DNA from: Deltaproteobacteria bacterium
GTDB lineage: Bacteria > Myxococcota_A > UBA796 > UBA2385
Assembly (NCBI GenBank): GCA_016792625.1
Contig: JAEUKK010000044.1
Span: forward strand, 34,365-98,364
DNA length: 64,000 bases
Reading direction: 5' to 3'
Under the pieces are notes generated by a model. It ran no database searches. It was not told the origin of the DNA and worked only from the letters and a program-made list of their open reading frames with translations. The position numbers were made by a program, and so were the translations under genes. Positions 38,662 to 48,093 of this stretch are shown here, piece after piece; within the stretch, counting starts at the first letter, position 1, and the number at the start of each line of letters is the position of its first letter.

Positions 38662-39876
38662 ATGCCGTTGCTGACCGCGCTGCACCTGAAGGACTACAAG
38701 GTCTTCGACCACGAGGTCACGCTGCCGCTGGCGCCCCTGACGGTGGTCATCGGGCCCAACAGCGCGGGCAAGAGCGCGGCGGTGCGCGCGCTCGCCATCC
38801 TTGAGCGCTCGCTGGCCGAAGAGAACCGCAGCGTGTGGCGCGCCGACGAGGCGGATGGGCCGGGCCGGGGCGCCTCCTTCGCCAGCTTCCCGCGGGATGG
38901 TGAACGGCCTCGGCGCTTTGAGGTGGGCCTGGGGTGGGCGGATGGGTCCGCCGACCGCTTCACGCTGGCCCAGACGCCTCCCTCTGTCTTCGGGTTCCTC
39001 AAGCAGGTCTCGACCAGCGAGGGCGTGGAGCGAAAGCACCGCGTCGACGACGACTGGGAGGATGAGCAGGGCGCGCCCATCGCGCCGCCGCGCTTTGAGG
39101 GGCTCTGCCCGGCAGAGGGCGAGCTCGCGCTGGCTCCGCTGCGGGAGCGGTTGCGCGGCCTGCGCGGCCGGGTGCAGTGGCTGAGCGGCTCGCGGGCCGC
39201 CGCGGCTTTTGAGGTGCAGCGGCGGCAGGTCGGGCCCCGCCTCGCCCCAGACGGCGGCGACGTCGCGCTGCGCCTCGTCGACGCCGGCGCCGGACCAGTG
39301 CGGGACGGGGTCAACCAGTTCCTGCGCGAGGCCTTCGGCCACGGCGCGATCGACGTCCACGACCTCAGCGCCGAGAAGGTCCAGCTGCGCGTGGGGCGCC
39401 TCCGGGGCACGCCCTTGCCCTTGGCCCTGGTGGGCGATGGTGTGGGCAAGTCGCTGCCGGTGGTCGTCGCCGCGCACCTGCTCCACCAGGCTCCGGCCGA
39501 GCGCTCAGGGGTGGTGCTCATCGAGGACCCAGAGGCGCACCTGCACGACGACGCGATCCGGGCACTGGCCCTGCACCTCGCGCAGCTCGCTGGCCGTTGG
39601 CAGCCCGGCCGGTCGCTGGTCTTGGAGACCCACTCGCGCACGCTCGTGCTCGCCGTCCAGCTCGCCGTCCGGCGGGGGCTGATCACCCCCGACCGGGTGG
39701 CGCTCGTGTGGGCCGGCGGCCGAGACGAGCCGGTCCTCGAGCGCATCGCGATAGACGCGAGTGGTGCGCCCCAGGGCACGCGCCTGCGGGGCGCCTTCGC
39801 GGAGGACGCCCGTCTGGCGGCAGAGATCGCTGGGCTCGACGCGGGGCGGGCCCCCGCCCCGACCGGGGCCGTCTGA
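38662..39876 (+). CDS. AAA_15/AAA_21-type (ABC-like, OLD/AriA-type) ATPase
   Basis: ATG at 38662, in frame with track ORF 38002..39876. Walker A VVIGPNSAGKSA, Walker B plus D-loop region VVLIEDPEAHLHDD, and ETHS (H-loop). Confidence 0.85.
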   Translation: MPLLTALHLKDYKVFDHEVTLPLAPLTVVIGPNSAGKSAAVRALAILERSLAEENRSVWRADEADGPGRGASFASFPRDGERPRRFEVGLGWADGSADRFTLAQTPPSVFGFLKQVSTSEGVERKHRVDDDWEDEQGAPIAPPRFEGLCPAEGELALAPLRERLRGLRGRVQWLSGSRAAAAFEVQRRQVGPRLAPDGGDVALRLVDAGAGPVRDGVNQFLREAFGHGAIDVHDLSAEKVQLRVGRLRGTPLPLALVGDGVGKSLPVVVAAHLLHQAPAERSGVVLIEDPEAHLHDDAIRALALHLAQLAGRWQPGRSLVLETHSRTLVLAVQLAVRRGLITPDRVALVWAGGRDEPVLERIAIDASGAPQGTRLRGAFAEDARLAAEIAGLDAGRAPAPTGAV

Positions 39877-39877
39877 G

Positions 39878-41035
39878 ATGCGGGTCGTCCTTGACCCCAC
39901 GGCCTTCTCCCAGCCGCTCGACCTGCTGGCGCTGCTCGCGGCCTGCGCCCGCGCGCAGCACGGCCTCGCCGCGCCCATCGCTGCCCGTGACGGATGGCTC
40001 GACACGCTGGGGGCCCTGGCTGGGCCGCTCGGCGCGCTCTTCGACGCGCTCGCCGCCCGCTACACGCTGCACCCCGCGACGGCCGCAACCATCACGGTGC
40101 GCTGCGCCGGCGGCTCAAACTGGCCCACCGCGGCGCTCGAGCCTGGCGACGCGGCCGCCCTGCTCGCCCAGCCCTTAGAGCTGCTGGTCGAGAACGAGCG
40201 CGCAGACTTTGCCTTTCTGCGGCGCATCGCGCACCCCCACCAGCGCGCCCAGCTCGACGCCGCCGTCGCCGCCGGCGCGCTGCGGGTGCGGCAAGGCGGG
40301 GGCATCACCGAGGTGAAGAAGAGCGTCGAGGCCCTCCGGCCCCAGGGCAGCGGTCCGGGCGAGGCGGATCGACGGGTGCGCCGCTTGCGGACGGTGGTCC
40401 TCTACGACCGCGACGCGCAGCTCACCGACCACCGCCTGCCGGGGCGAGATGCGACGGACCTCGATCAGCAGCTCGCCGACCCGGTGGCGAACGACCCCTG
40501 GCCGTGGTGGGGGCACCGCCTGCGTCGTCGGCACATCGAGTCCTACGTCCCTGTCGAGGTGCTCGAGGGCTGGCAGAAGGGTGACCAAGACACAGGGATT
40601 ACCCCACACACCACCCAGCAGCATCAGGCTGCCGCCGCGGTCATCGTGGCGCTTCGCAGCGCCAGCGGCGCGCAGCGAAGCATCGCGCATGCGCTCCCCA
40701 TGAAGGGCGGCCTTCTGAGCGTGGTGTCCAAGGCGCAGCGCAGCGCCCTCCCCCAACTTGCCCCGAATGCGGGCGCACAACAGCGGATGGCGGTCGAGAA
40801 CGCCGTGGCTCAGGCGCTCAATGGCGCGTGGCCTCCACCTTTCGATCAGCTCTCGCCGGCGCACCGGGCCGACCTGCTCGTCGGGTGGGGCCGCTGCTTG
40901 CAGGACGTCTTCTCAAGTGCCGCCCCCCGATGGGACCAGAGCTTCTGGGACGAGTTCGACCGGGACCTCGATCCCACCGACCCGGGCGACCTCGCAGCCC
41001 TCGCCCTCGTCGACACACTTCTGGAGCGGCTCTGA
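39878..41035 (+). CDS. DUF4435/TOPRIM-like (OLD-family nuclease-like, AriB/AbiLii-like) protein
   Basis: The ATG is 1 nt after the ATPase stop. LELLVENERADFAFL (TOPRIM Glu), VRQGGGITEVKK, VVLYDRDAQ (DxD) and HIESYVP (IENYL-like) occur in the order expected for split OLD-type TOPRIM proteins. The N-terminal ~100 aa and the C-terminal ~150 aa are unassigned. Confidence 0.65.
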   Translation: MRVVLDPTAFSQPLDLLALLAACARAQHGLAAPIAARDGWLDTLGALAGPLGALFDALAARYTLHPATAATITVRCAGGSNWPTAALEPGDAAALLAQPLELLVENERADFAFLRRIAHPHQRAQLDAAVAAGALRVRQGGGITEVKKSVEALRPQGSGPGEADRRVRRLRTVVLYDRDAQLTDHRLPGRDATDLDQQLADPVANDPWPWWGHRLRRRHIESYVPVEVLEGWQKGDQDTGITPHTTQQHQAAAAVIVALRSASGAQRSIAHALPMKGGLLSVVSKAQRSALPQLAPNAGAQQRMAVENAVAQALNGAWPPPFDQLSPAHRADLLVGWGRCLQDVFSSAAPRWDQSFWDEFDRDLDPTDPGDLAALALVDTLLERL

Positions 41036-41038
41036 CCC

Positions 41039-42730
41039 ATGGCTGACCTGTTCGACCAGCCCGCCATCGTCAAGCTCGGGGCGCTCCTCGACAACCTGCG
41101 CACGGGCTCGCTGCTCATCCCCGACTTCCAGCGCCGCTTTGTGTGGACGGACGAGCAGCGCCTCAACCTGCTCCGCTCGATCGCCGACGGCCTGCCCATC
41201 GGCTCGCTGCTCGTGTGGAGCAGCAACGACCCCGATGTGGCCACCGTCGACGCGCTTGGCCCCCACGCCCTCCCTGGCCGCGCTGCCCAGGGGCCATGGC
41301 TCTACCTCATCGACGGCCTGCAGCGGCTGACGACCCTCTTCTTGGCGTTGACGCCTCCCCCCGAGGAGCGCCATGCACCGAGCCGCACCCCACAAGAGCT
41401 GCTCCCGTGGGGCGATGATGGCGGGCCTTTTGATGACGACGCCGGGGCGGAGACCGCGGCCGCCGAGCCGCCGCGCCGCATCCTCATCGACCTCAACGCG
41501 ACGGCGGACCAGCGCTTCGTGCTCGAGGCGCGGCACACCCGCGTGAGCCCGACCCGCGTGCCGGCCGAGGTGCTGTTGAGCCGCCGCGCGCTCTACGCGG
41601 CGCAGAAGGCGCTCTGGGCCGAGTCCAAGAACCGCGAGGCGGACGCCATCGAGGCGCTCGCCGACCGCTTCCAAGACTACCAAGTGCCGGTGATGCGGCT
41701 GTTCACGAGCAACGTGGAGGACGTGGCCCGGGCCTTCGCGCGCATCAACTCGGGCGGCACCAAGATGACGGAGGCCGACCTCGCCGCGGCGCTCGCCTAC
41801 CGCCGCCTGCCGCTGGCGCAGGAGCTCGACGCCCTCGCGAGCAGCCTCCGCGAGGCGGGCTGGCACGACATCGACCGGGGCGCGCTGCTCGACCTGCTCA
41901 AGCTGCGCTTCGGCCTCGACGTGTACCGCAGCGAGCTGCCTGCGCTTCTGGAGCAGCTCGGCGCAGGACGAGGCGCGGGGGCAGATGCCCCGGAGCGGCG
42001 GGCGCGGTTCAATGTGATCATCGACGAACTCAGCCGCTCCGTGTGGTTGGCGGTGGCTGGTCTTCAACGGCTCGGCGTGCGTGGCAGCCACGCGCTGCCG
42101 TACCGCTTCCAGCTGCTGGTGCTCGCTGAGGCGCTGAGGCGCTACTCACCACCAGGGAGACTGGGCCACCTCAGGACGCAATACGCGATGGAGCGGTGGC
42201 TCCCAAGGGTGGAGCTCTGGTTCTGGCAAACCACCTTGCTTGAGCGGTTCACCGGCGCGACCGGACGCACCATCATGGTCGCCCTCGACGGGCTGGTGGG
42301 CGTGCTCACCGGCGAGTCCTCGCCATACTCCGGGCAGGCGGTCGTCCCGAGCCGGCGGCACCAACGCTTCGGCGCGGTGAGGACCCGCGCGCGGCTGCTC
42401 GCGCTGATCGCGGACGACGAGGTCGCGCAGGAGCACCTTGCTCTCGCCGGGCCTGACGCCATCGTTCGCATCGATCCGGCTGCGCCCAAAGAGCTGCCCG
42501 GCAGCTGGCTGGTGGCCACCCGGCACGACGTCCAGGAGGTCCGGGATGCGCTGTCTGCGGGCGCGCCCCCGAGCCGCACCAGCTTGGCCGCCCGGCAGCT
42601 GTCCCCGGCGGCCAAAGGGGCCCTCGCGCGGGGCGACGTCGCGGCCGCGGTCGAGGCCCAGTGCGCCCACATGGAGGAGATCGAGCGTCGGCTCATCCGC
42701 GAGGCGCAGCTGGAGCTGAGCGAAGGTTGA
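41039..42730 (+). CDS. DUF262 (ParB/Srx-fold, GmrSD/SspE N-domain-like) protein with unassigned ~300-aa C-terminal region
   Basis: The ATG is 3 nt after the upstream stop. LLIPDFQRRFVW, LIDGLQRLTTLF and FARINSGGTKMTEADL are the DUF262 signature blocks. I saw no DUF1524/HNH His-Me motif in the C-terminal half. Confidence 0.85.
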   Translation: MADLFDQPAIVKLGALLDNLRTGSLLIPDFQRRFVWTDEQRLNLLRSIADGLPIGSLLVWSSNDPDVATVDALGPHALPGRAAQGPWLYLIDGLQRLTTLFLALTPPPEERHAPSRTPQELLPWGDDGGPFDDDAGAETAAAEPPRRILIDLNATADQRFVLEARHTRVSPTRVPAEVLLSRRALYAAQKALWAESKNREADAIEALADRFQDYQVPVMRLFTSNVEDVARAFARINSGGTKMTEADLAAALAYRRLPLAQELDALASSLREAGWHDIDRGALLDLLKLRFGLDVYRSELPALLEQLGAGRGAGADAPERRARFNVIIDELSRSVWLAVAGLQRLGVRGSHALPYRFQLLVLAEALRRYSPPGRLGHLRTQYAMERWLPRVELWFWQTTLLERFTGATGRTIMVALDGLVGVLTGESSPYSGQAVVPSRRHQRFGAVRTRARLLALIADDEVAQEHLALAGPDAIVRIDPAAPKELPGSWLVATRHDVQEVRDALSAGAPPSRTSLAARQLSPAAKGALARGDVAAAVEAQCAHMEEIERRLIREAQLELSEG

Positions 42731-42864
42731 GGGGCGGACCCGCCGCGGGGGCGCGCGCCCGCAGACTGGTGCCCCGGGGGCGCCAATCGCGCGGGCGACA
42801 GGGCCGCGGCGGTGGCTAGAGCGATAGCAACCGTCGCCCCCGAAACCCCGCACCGAGGTGCCCG

Positions 42865-43893
42865 ATGAGCAGCCCCACCCCGATCATTGGCCAGACGCCC
42901 CTGCGCGGCATGCACTGGCCGACCATCGACCCCTTCTTGTTCTGCGCCCACCACGTCGACCATTACCCTGCCGGCGACGCGCGCATGGCGCCCAAGGCTG
43001 ACCTCTCGGGTCGCAACTTGGGCAGCGACTTTTCGGGCAAAGACGGCTTTAGCATGTACCACGGGCAGGGCGCGCCGGGCTTCCCCCAGCACCCCCACCG
43101 CGGTTTTGAGACCGTGACCCTGGCCCGCAGCGGCTTTATCGACCACAGCGACTCGATGGGCGCCCAGGCGCGTTTTGGTCAGGGTGACGTGCAGTGGATG
43201 ACCGCCGGCCGCGGCGTGGTGCACGCCGAGATGTTCCCGCTCATCCAGGCTGAGGGGCCGAACCCCGCCGAGCTCTTCCAGCTGTGGATGAACCTGCCCG
43301 CCCACGACAAGATGGTCGAGCCGAGCTTCCGCATGTTGTGGAGCGAGCAGATCCCCCGCCACCGCGTGGTCGACGCCGAGGGCCGGATCGCCGAGCTGAA
43401 CGTGATGGCCGGGGCCTACGGCGGCCTGCAGCCGCCCGCGCCGCCGCCGAACTCGTGGGCCGCCAAGGCCGAGAACAACGTCGCGATCTGGACGCTGGCG
43501 CTCAGCGCCGGCGCGCGCTTCACCCTGCCCCCGGCGCCGCCCCAGGCCGAGCGGGTGGTCTACCTCTTCGCCGGCAGCGCCGCCCTGGTCGCCGGTGAGC
43601 GGGTCAGCCTGCCCGCGGCGGTGCAGCTGCGGGCCGACCGCGCGGTCGAGGTGGTGGCGGTCGACGGGCCGGTCGAGCTGCTGCTGCTGCAGGGCAACCC
43701 CATCCGCGAGCCGGTGGCCCAGCAGGGGCCCTTTGTGATGAACACCCAGGCCGAGCTGCAGCAGGCCTTCGCCGACTACCGGCGCACCCGTTTTGGGGGC
43801 TGGCCCTGGCCGAGCGACGACCCGACGCACCCGCGGGCCGAGGGGCGTTTTGCCCGGCACGCCGACGGTCGGCGCGAGCGGCCGACCGCCTGA
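42865..43893 (+). CDS. Pirin-family protein
   Basis: GFPQHPHRGFETVTL and QWMTAGRGVVHAEMFP, in a two-cupin architecture. Confidence 0.95.
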   Translation: MSSPTPIIGQTPLRGMHWPTIDPFLFCAHHVDHYPAGDARMAPKADLSGRNLGSDFSGKDGFSMYHGQGAPGFPQHPHRGFETVTLARSGFIDHSDSMGAQARFGQGDVQWMTAGRGVVHAEMFPLIQAEGPNPAELFQLWMNLPAHDKMVEPSFRMLWSEQIPRHRVVDAEGRIAELNVMAGAYGGLQPPAPPPNSWAAKAENNVAIWTLALSAGARFTLPPAPPQAERVVYLFAGSAALVAGERVSLPAAVQLRADRAVEVVAVDGPVELLLLQGNPIREPVAQQGPFVMNTQAELQQAFADYRRTRFGGWPWPSDDPTHPRAEGRFARHADGRRERPTA

Positions 43894-43905
43894 GCGCAGC
43901 GGGTG

Positions 43906-44100
43906 CCCCCCGCGCCCGCCCGACCGCAGCGCGGGGCGCAGCCCCGGTCGCGCAGCGACCGAGCCGGGCGGCCGGCGCGCCCGCCGCAGGCGGCGCGTGG
44001 GCCGGGGCCCCGGCGAGCGCGGAGGGGGGGCTTGGGCGCCCAAGGCGCGGAGACTGACCTGCTGCGGGTCGCTCTTGAGGTCAGCGCGCCGCGGCGGCCT
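43906..44100 (+). repeat. Left copy of a near-identical ~180-195-nt direct repeat (member of the dispersed repeat family)
   Basis: 43906-44026 is identical base for base to 48094-48214. I count 4 mismatches over 43906-44085 versus 48094-48273. Hairpin GGTCGC-GCA-GCGACC at 43946-43960. The right end contains the stop codon of the reverse-strand TPR gene. Confidence 0.95.
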
Positions 44101-46651
44101 CGGCTGCCCAGGCCGCGGCCTCGTCTGCGAGCCCGGCCGCTGCGGCCAGCGCGGCCGCGCGCTCCAGCACCGCGGCGAGGCTGGGCCGGCTGTCTCGGGC
44201 GGTCGGCCAGCGGGCGCGCCAGGCCCGCGCGTGATCGACCGCAGCCCGCGCGGCGTCCAGGGCGGCGGGCAGGGCGCCCTGGGCCGCGGCGGCCTGCGCG
44301 GCGTGGTCGTGCAGGGTGATGCGGGCCTCGGCGGCGCGCAATGCGGGGGGCTGGCCGTCGAGGGGGGCGTCCAGCGCGGCGAGGCCGGCGGCCGCTGACC
44401 GTGCGGCCGCGGCCGGCGCGCCCAAGGCGAGGTCGGCCGCCGCTGCCACCGCGTGCGCCTCGGCCGAGAACAGCGCCGCCCGGGGCGCGGGGCCGCCGTT
44501 GGCCGCCCAGCGATCGACGAGGGTCAGCGCCTCGGCGGCGGCCTCTCGGGCCGGGGCAGCCTCGCCCGCGTCGAGCGAGAGCCGGGCGCGGAGCGTGAGG
44601 GCCTCGGCCAGATCAGCGATCAGCTCGGGCATCTCTGCGGTGAAGGCCTGCAGCTCGCGGTACAGGGCCAGCGCTTCGTCGGCGGCGGCGCGGGCCGCGG
44701 AGTGCTCGCCCTGCGCCTGGGCCGCCGCGGCGCGGCGCTCGAGGGCCAGGGCGAGGTCGCGGGTGGTGTCGGGCAGGGCGCCGCGGGTGGCCCGCAGGGC
44801 GCGGGCGTGGTCGACGGCTTCGCGGGCGGCCTCGCCTGCGGCGGCGGGCGCGGGGAGGAACAGCCCCACCTCGGCCTGCATGGCGCGTGCAAAGAGGCGC
44901 TCCCGCAGGCCATCGGGGCCGCTGTTCGTGGCGCGTTGCGGTCCCTCGCGCAGCTCGACCAGCTCGGCGGTGTGCGCAGCGGCCTCGGTGAGCTGACCCG
45001 CGTCGAGCTGCGCGGCACAGAGCTGCGCGAGGCTGGTCGCCAGGGCCCGCTGCGCCCTGGCCGGCCCGTGCGCCCCGCGGCAGAGCGCGACCCCCTCCGC
45101 TGCGGCGTTGACCGCCGTGGTCAGCGCGCCTTGCGCGAGCTCGGCCACGCTCTGCAGGTGGAGGGCGGTCGCGCAGCCCCAGCGCAGGTCAAGGTCGGCC
45201 CCGGCGCCCGGCCGGCCCATGGCAGCGCGGTAGACCTCGGCGGCCTCTCGGGCGGCGGCGCCGGCGCGCGCCCAGGCGTGCCCGGCGCGGTGCACCTCGG
45301 CCAAGCACCAGAGGGCCTCGCCCAGGGCCGCAGGACGGTCTGGGGCCTCGACTTGGCGCGCCAGCGCGACCGCCTGCTCGGCTGCCCGCTGCGCCTCGGT
45401 CAGCCCGCCCCGTGCGATCTGCGCGCGGCTGAGGGTGATCAGCGCGCCGCGCTCGGCCGCTGCGCGCGCCTGGCCCAGCGGGCCGCCCCCCTTCGCCTTC
45501 TGCGCGTACTTGACCGCCTCTTGCGCGGCGACCACCGCTGCGTCGAGCGCGCCGCGGCTGCGCTCGACCGCAGACAGCACGCTGAGGGCGAGCGCCAAGG
45601 GGCCGACCGCGCCGAGGACCGGGCCCACCCGCGCGAGGTAGGCGCGGCCCTCGTTGATCGCTGCGCCGAGGTGGCGTGCGGCCACGTCGAGAGCACCCTG
45701 TTGCGCAGCGATCTCGCCTTGCAGCTGGGACGTCAAGGCGCCCCGTCGCAGCGCCTCGTCCGGGTCGGGCACCCGCGCCGCCCAGCTCCGCGCCTCAGCG
45801 GCCGCAGCTGCCGCCGGGGCGGTCGCGCCGGCCCGGTGGTGCTGGTTGGCCAGCCGGATCAGGGCGGCCCAGGCCAAGGTCGGGGCGAGGGCCTCGCGCG
45901 CCTCGGCCGCGCTGCGCTCGAGCAGCGGCAGGGCCTCGTCCGCGCGCCCCTGAACCGTGAGGGCCTCGGCGGCCCGCAGCGCGGCCAGGGCCGCGTCGGC
46001 GGGGGCGCTCGCCTTGCGGAGGGCGTCGTCGGCGCGCGTGTAGGCCTCGTCGGCCTTGCCGGCCTCCAGCGCGCGCAGGGCGTCGTCGAGCAGCGCCCGG
46101 ACCGCCGCGCTGCGCCCGCCGCCGGCGGTGAACAGCCCCGCCTCGTGCGCCTGCAGGTGGGGGAGGCTCAGCCGCGGGGGCACCGGGGCCGCCTCATCGA
46201 TGGGCGCGGGGCGGGGCGCGAGCTCGATGAGCAGGCTGCGGGCCGACCAGAGGTCGGGCGCCGCGTCGCGGGCCGCGATCTTCAGCGCGGGCGGCCCGAC
46301 CAAGACGAGGCCGCCGGGGCTGTTGCGGCGCACCAGCTCGCGGCGCTCGTTGAGGCGCAGGTGGAGGGTGCTCCACAGGCGTGCGCCCTCGTCGCCGGCG
46401 GCGCGCAGGCGCGCCCAGCTCAGCCGCGGCGAGGCCTCGCCGAAGGACTCCAGCGCCGCGCGCAGTGAGGCCTCGTCGTCGATGGGCAGGTCGAGGAGCG
46501 CTTGGCCCTGTGCCGCCACCGCCGCGGCCGTGCGTTGCCGCAGCGCGGCCTCATCGGGGCCCGCTTCGACAAAGAGCCAGCCGAGCCAGAACTGGTCGGA
46601 CCAGTCGATCTGCTGGGCGAGCTCACGCCAGGCCGCGTCGAGGTCGGTCAC
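44081..46651 (-). CDS. Large Ala-rich TPR-repeat protein with a ~150-aa non-TPR N-domain
   Basis: 856-aa ORF. The GTG start overlaps the stop of the upstream ATPase (GTGA). Dozens of helix-turn-helix TPR-like units are present (e.g. ADEALPLLERSAAEAREAL, EALWCLAEVHRAGHAWARA). No catalytic motif was recognised. Confidence 0.8.
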   Translation of the reverse strand: MTDLDAAWRELAQQIDWSDQFWLGWLFVEAGPDEAALRQRTAAAVAAQGQALLDLPIDDEASLRAALESFGEASPRLSWARLRAAGDEGARLWSTLHLRLNERRELVRRNSPGGLVLVGPPALKIAARDAAPDLWSARSLLIELAPRPAPIDEAAPVPPRLSLPHLQAHEAGLFTAGGGRSAAVRALLDDALRALEAGKADEAYTRADDALRKASAPADAALAALRAAEALTVQGRADEALPLLERSAAEAREALAPTLAWAALIRLANQHHRAGATAPAAAAAAEARSWAARVPDPDEALRRGALTSQLQGEIAAQQGALDVAARHLGAAINEGRAYLARVGPVLGAVGPLALALSVLSAVERSRGALDAAVVAAQEAVKYAQKAKGGGPLGQARAAAERGALITLSRAQIARGGLTEAQRAAEQAVALARQVEAPDRPAALGEALWCLAEVHRAGHAWARAGAAAREAAEVYRAAMGRPGAGADLDLRWGCATALHLQSVAELAQGALTTAVNAAAEGVALCRGAHGPARAQRALATSLAQLCAAQLDAGQLTEAAAHTAELVELREGPQRATNSGPDGLRERLFARAMQAEVGLFLPAPAAAGEAAREAVDHARALRATRGALPDTTRDLALALERRAAAAQAQGEHSAARAAADEALALYRELQAFTAEMPELIADLAEALTLRARLSLDAGEAAPAREAAAEALTLVDRWAANGGPAPRAALFSAEAHAVAAAADLALGAPAAAARSAAAGLAALDAPLDGQPPALRAAEARITLHDHAAQAAAAQGALPAALDAARAAVDHARAWRARWPTARDSRPSLAAVLERAAALAAAAGLADEAAAWAAEAAAAR

Positions 46652-47994
46652 GCGCTCTGCGCCGGGGGCAGGGGGTTGCGCGCCACCATCGCTCTGGCCT
46701 CGTCAATGACCAGGGGGTGGGCGTTTACCCACTCCTTTCCGTTGCGATAGGTCATCACCAGCAGGTTGTCATAGAGCCGGGCGAGCTTGCCCAGGCGCGC
46801 GGTGTCGCTGAGGTCAATGGCGTGGGTGTCGGCGATGTTCACAAGCCAGCGCGCATCTTCGACCGTGATCGGCAGGTAACTGTTGCGCAGTTCGTCGATC
46901 ACGCGCTTGATGACGTCATCTTGAACCGGCAGCATGTCGCTCCGCGCGTGGCGCAGCGTCGACTGGATGAGCCGAAACAGGTCGCGCAGGTATCCCCCGC
47001 TGGCCAGCGAGAGCCTGTCGAGGGCGGCCCGGTCGGCGAAGAGCCTGTCCCACGCGGGCATGCGCCGCGCGACCAGCTCGGCGAGCGCGTCGAGGCCGGG
47101 TTGGAAGGGCTGCCCGTGGCGGTCCTTCACCTTCACGCAGGGGATCTGCTGGAAGCCGTGGAAGCGCGCGCCGATCGCCGGCGCGCGTACCTTGAGCCAA
47201 GGCGGGACCGTGTAGACGACATGGACGCCGGGCAAGTGCAGCTTCTCGGCGTGGATCTGAAAGAGGTTGACCGCGGAGGCCTCGACCTCTGTCGCATTGG
47301 CGAACGTCCCGGCCAGCTGTTCGAGGCTGTCGAACAGCACGACCAGCTGCCAGTCCGGGCCCCAGCCCGACCGCACCCGCCTGACACATTCTCTGATGAA
47401 TTCATGCACCTCTTTGGTCAGCGCGCCGAGGTGACCTGCCATCTGCGTTTGCAGGCGCTGCTTGAACGTGGGGTCGGCCTTCAGGTTGGCTTTGATGCTG
47501 ATGCCCATGTCTTTGACATTGGGAGACAGCCCAAGCTCGCTGAGGTCGACCTGGGTCTTGACCAAAAAATGAGCGATGCGGGTCCATACGCTCTCTGAGG
47601 AGACCCTCTCTGCGAGCCGGTCGCCCGTGGCGAGCTCGTCGTCGATGGCCCCGGCGGCGGCAAACAAGAAGTCGCTGACGTCGATGGGGGTGCTCAGGTT
47701 CAAGTAGCTCTGCGTGTCGATGTGCAGCACCACGAAGTGCGCGCCGTCTGCGGTCAGCTCGCGCTTGAGCCGCTTGAGCTCAGTGGTCTTTCCCGTCCCC
47801 CGAAACCCACTGAACAGCTGGTAGGACTCGCCTTTGGCCCAGCTGATGGTCGTCAACAGCTCGTCGACCGGATCGGCGGCGGACAGCTCGCGGCGCGAGT
47901 AAAACGGGAGGTACTCGGCGTCGCCTGCAGCGGTACCAATCGGGTCGAACTGGCGGTACATCGAGCGGAGAAAGTCGAGGTCGCCGGTCGTCAT
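46648..47994 (-). CDS. AAA+ ATPase, ORC/Cdc6-like or STAND-like P-loop NTPase
   Basis: ATG at 47994, in frame with track ORF 46648..48390. Walker A SGFRGTGKTTELKRL, Walker B QLVVLFDSLEQL, and a sensor-2-like SGGYLRDLFRLIQSTL resembling the GDAR.ALDLLR of Cdc6. GC is visibly lower than in the partner TPR gene. Confidence 0.85.
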   Translation of the reverse strand: MTTGDLDFLRSMYRQFDPIGTAAGDAEYLPFYSRRELSAADPVDELLTTISWAKGESYQLFSGFRGTGKTTELKRLKRELTADGAHFVVLHIDTQSYLNLSTPIDVSDFLFAAAGAIDDELATGDRLAERVSSESVWTRIAHFLVKTQVDLSELGLSPNVKDMGISIKANLKADPTFKQRLQTQMAGHLGALTKEVHEFIRECVRRVRSGWGPDWQLVVLFDSLEQLAGTFANATEVEASAVNLFQIHAEKLHLPGVHVVYTVPPWLKVRAPAIGARFHGFQQIPCVKVKDRHGQPFQPGLDALAELVARRMPAWDRLFADRAALDRLSLASGGYLRDLFRLIQSTLRHARSDMLPVQDDVIKRVIDELRNSYLPITVEDARWLVNIADTHAIDLSDTARLGKLARLYDNLLVMTYRNGKEWVNAHPLVIDEARAMVARNPLPPAQSA

Positions 47995-48024
47995 CGGTCG
48001 TCGGTCCTGGGTGTTTGCCGTGGG

Positions 48025-48050
48025 CAGCGACGGTTTGCGTATCGTCGCTG
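48025..48050. promoter_or_regulatory. Perfect 8-bp inverted repeat CAGCGACG-N10-CGTCGCTG, flanked by direct TGGGCA repeats (candidate operator or 5'-UTR hairpin of the ATPase-TPR operon)
   Basis: Read directly at 48021-48056. It lies 31-56 nt upstream of the ATPase start on the reverse strand. Confidence 0.3.
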
Positions 48051-48093
48051 TGGGCACGCGGCCACGGGGGCGGCTCCTAACCGCCGCGCCCGG

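Noticed and set aside
42142-44043. 633-aa reverse ORF covering pirin and the DUF262 3' end
   Set aside because: It is antisense to pirin (canonical motifs) and runs through the intergenic repeat. It is a shadow ORF.
44453-46468. 671-aa + strand ORF inside the TPR gene
   Set aside because: It is antisense to the TPR protein, which has operon coupling with the ATPase. The translation is low-complexity (G/R/A) sequence.
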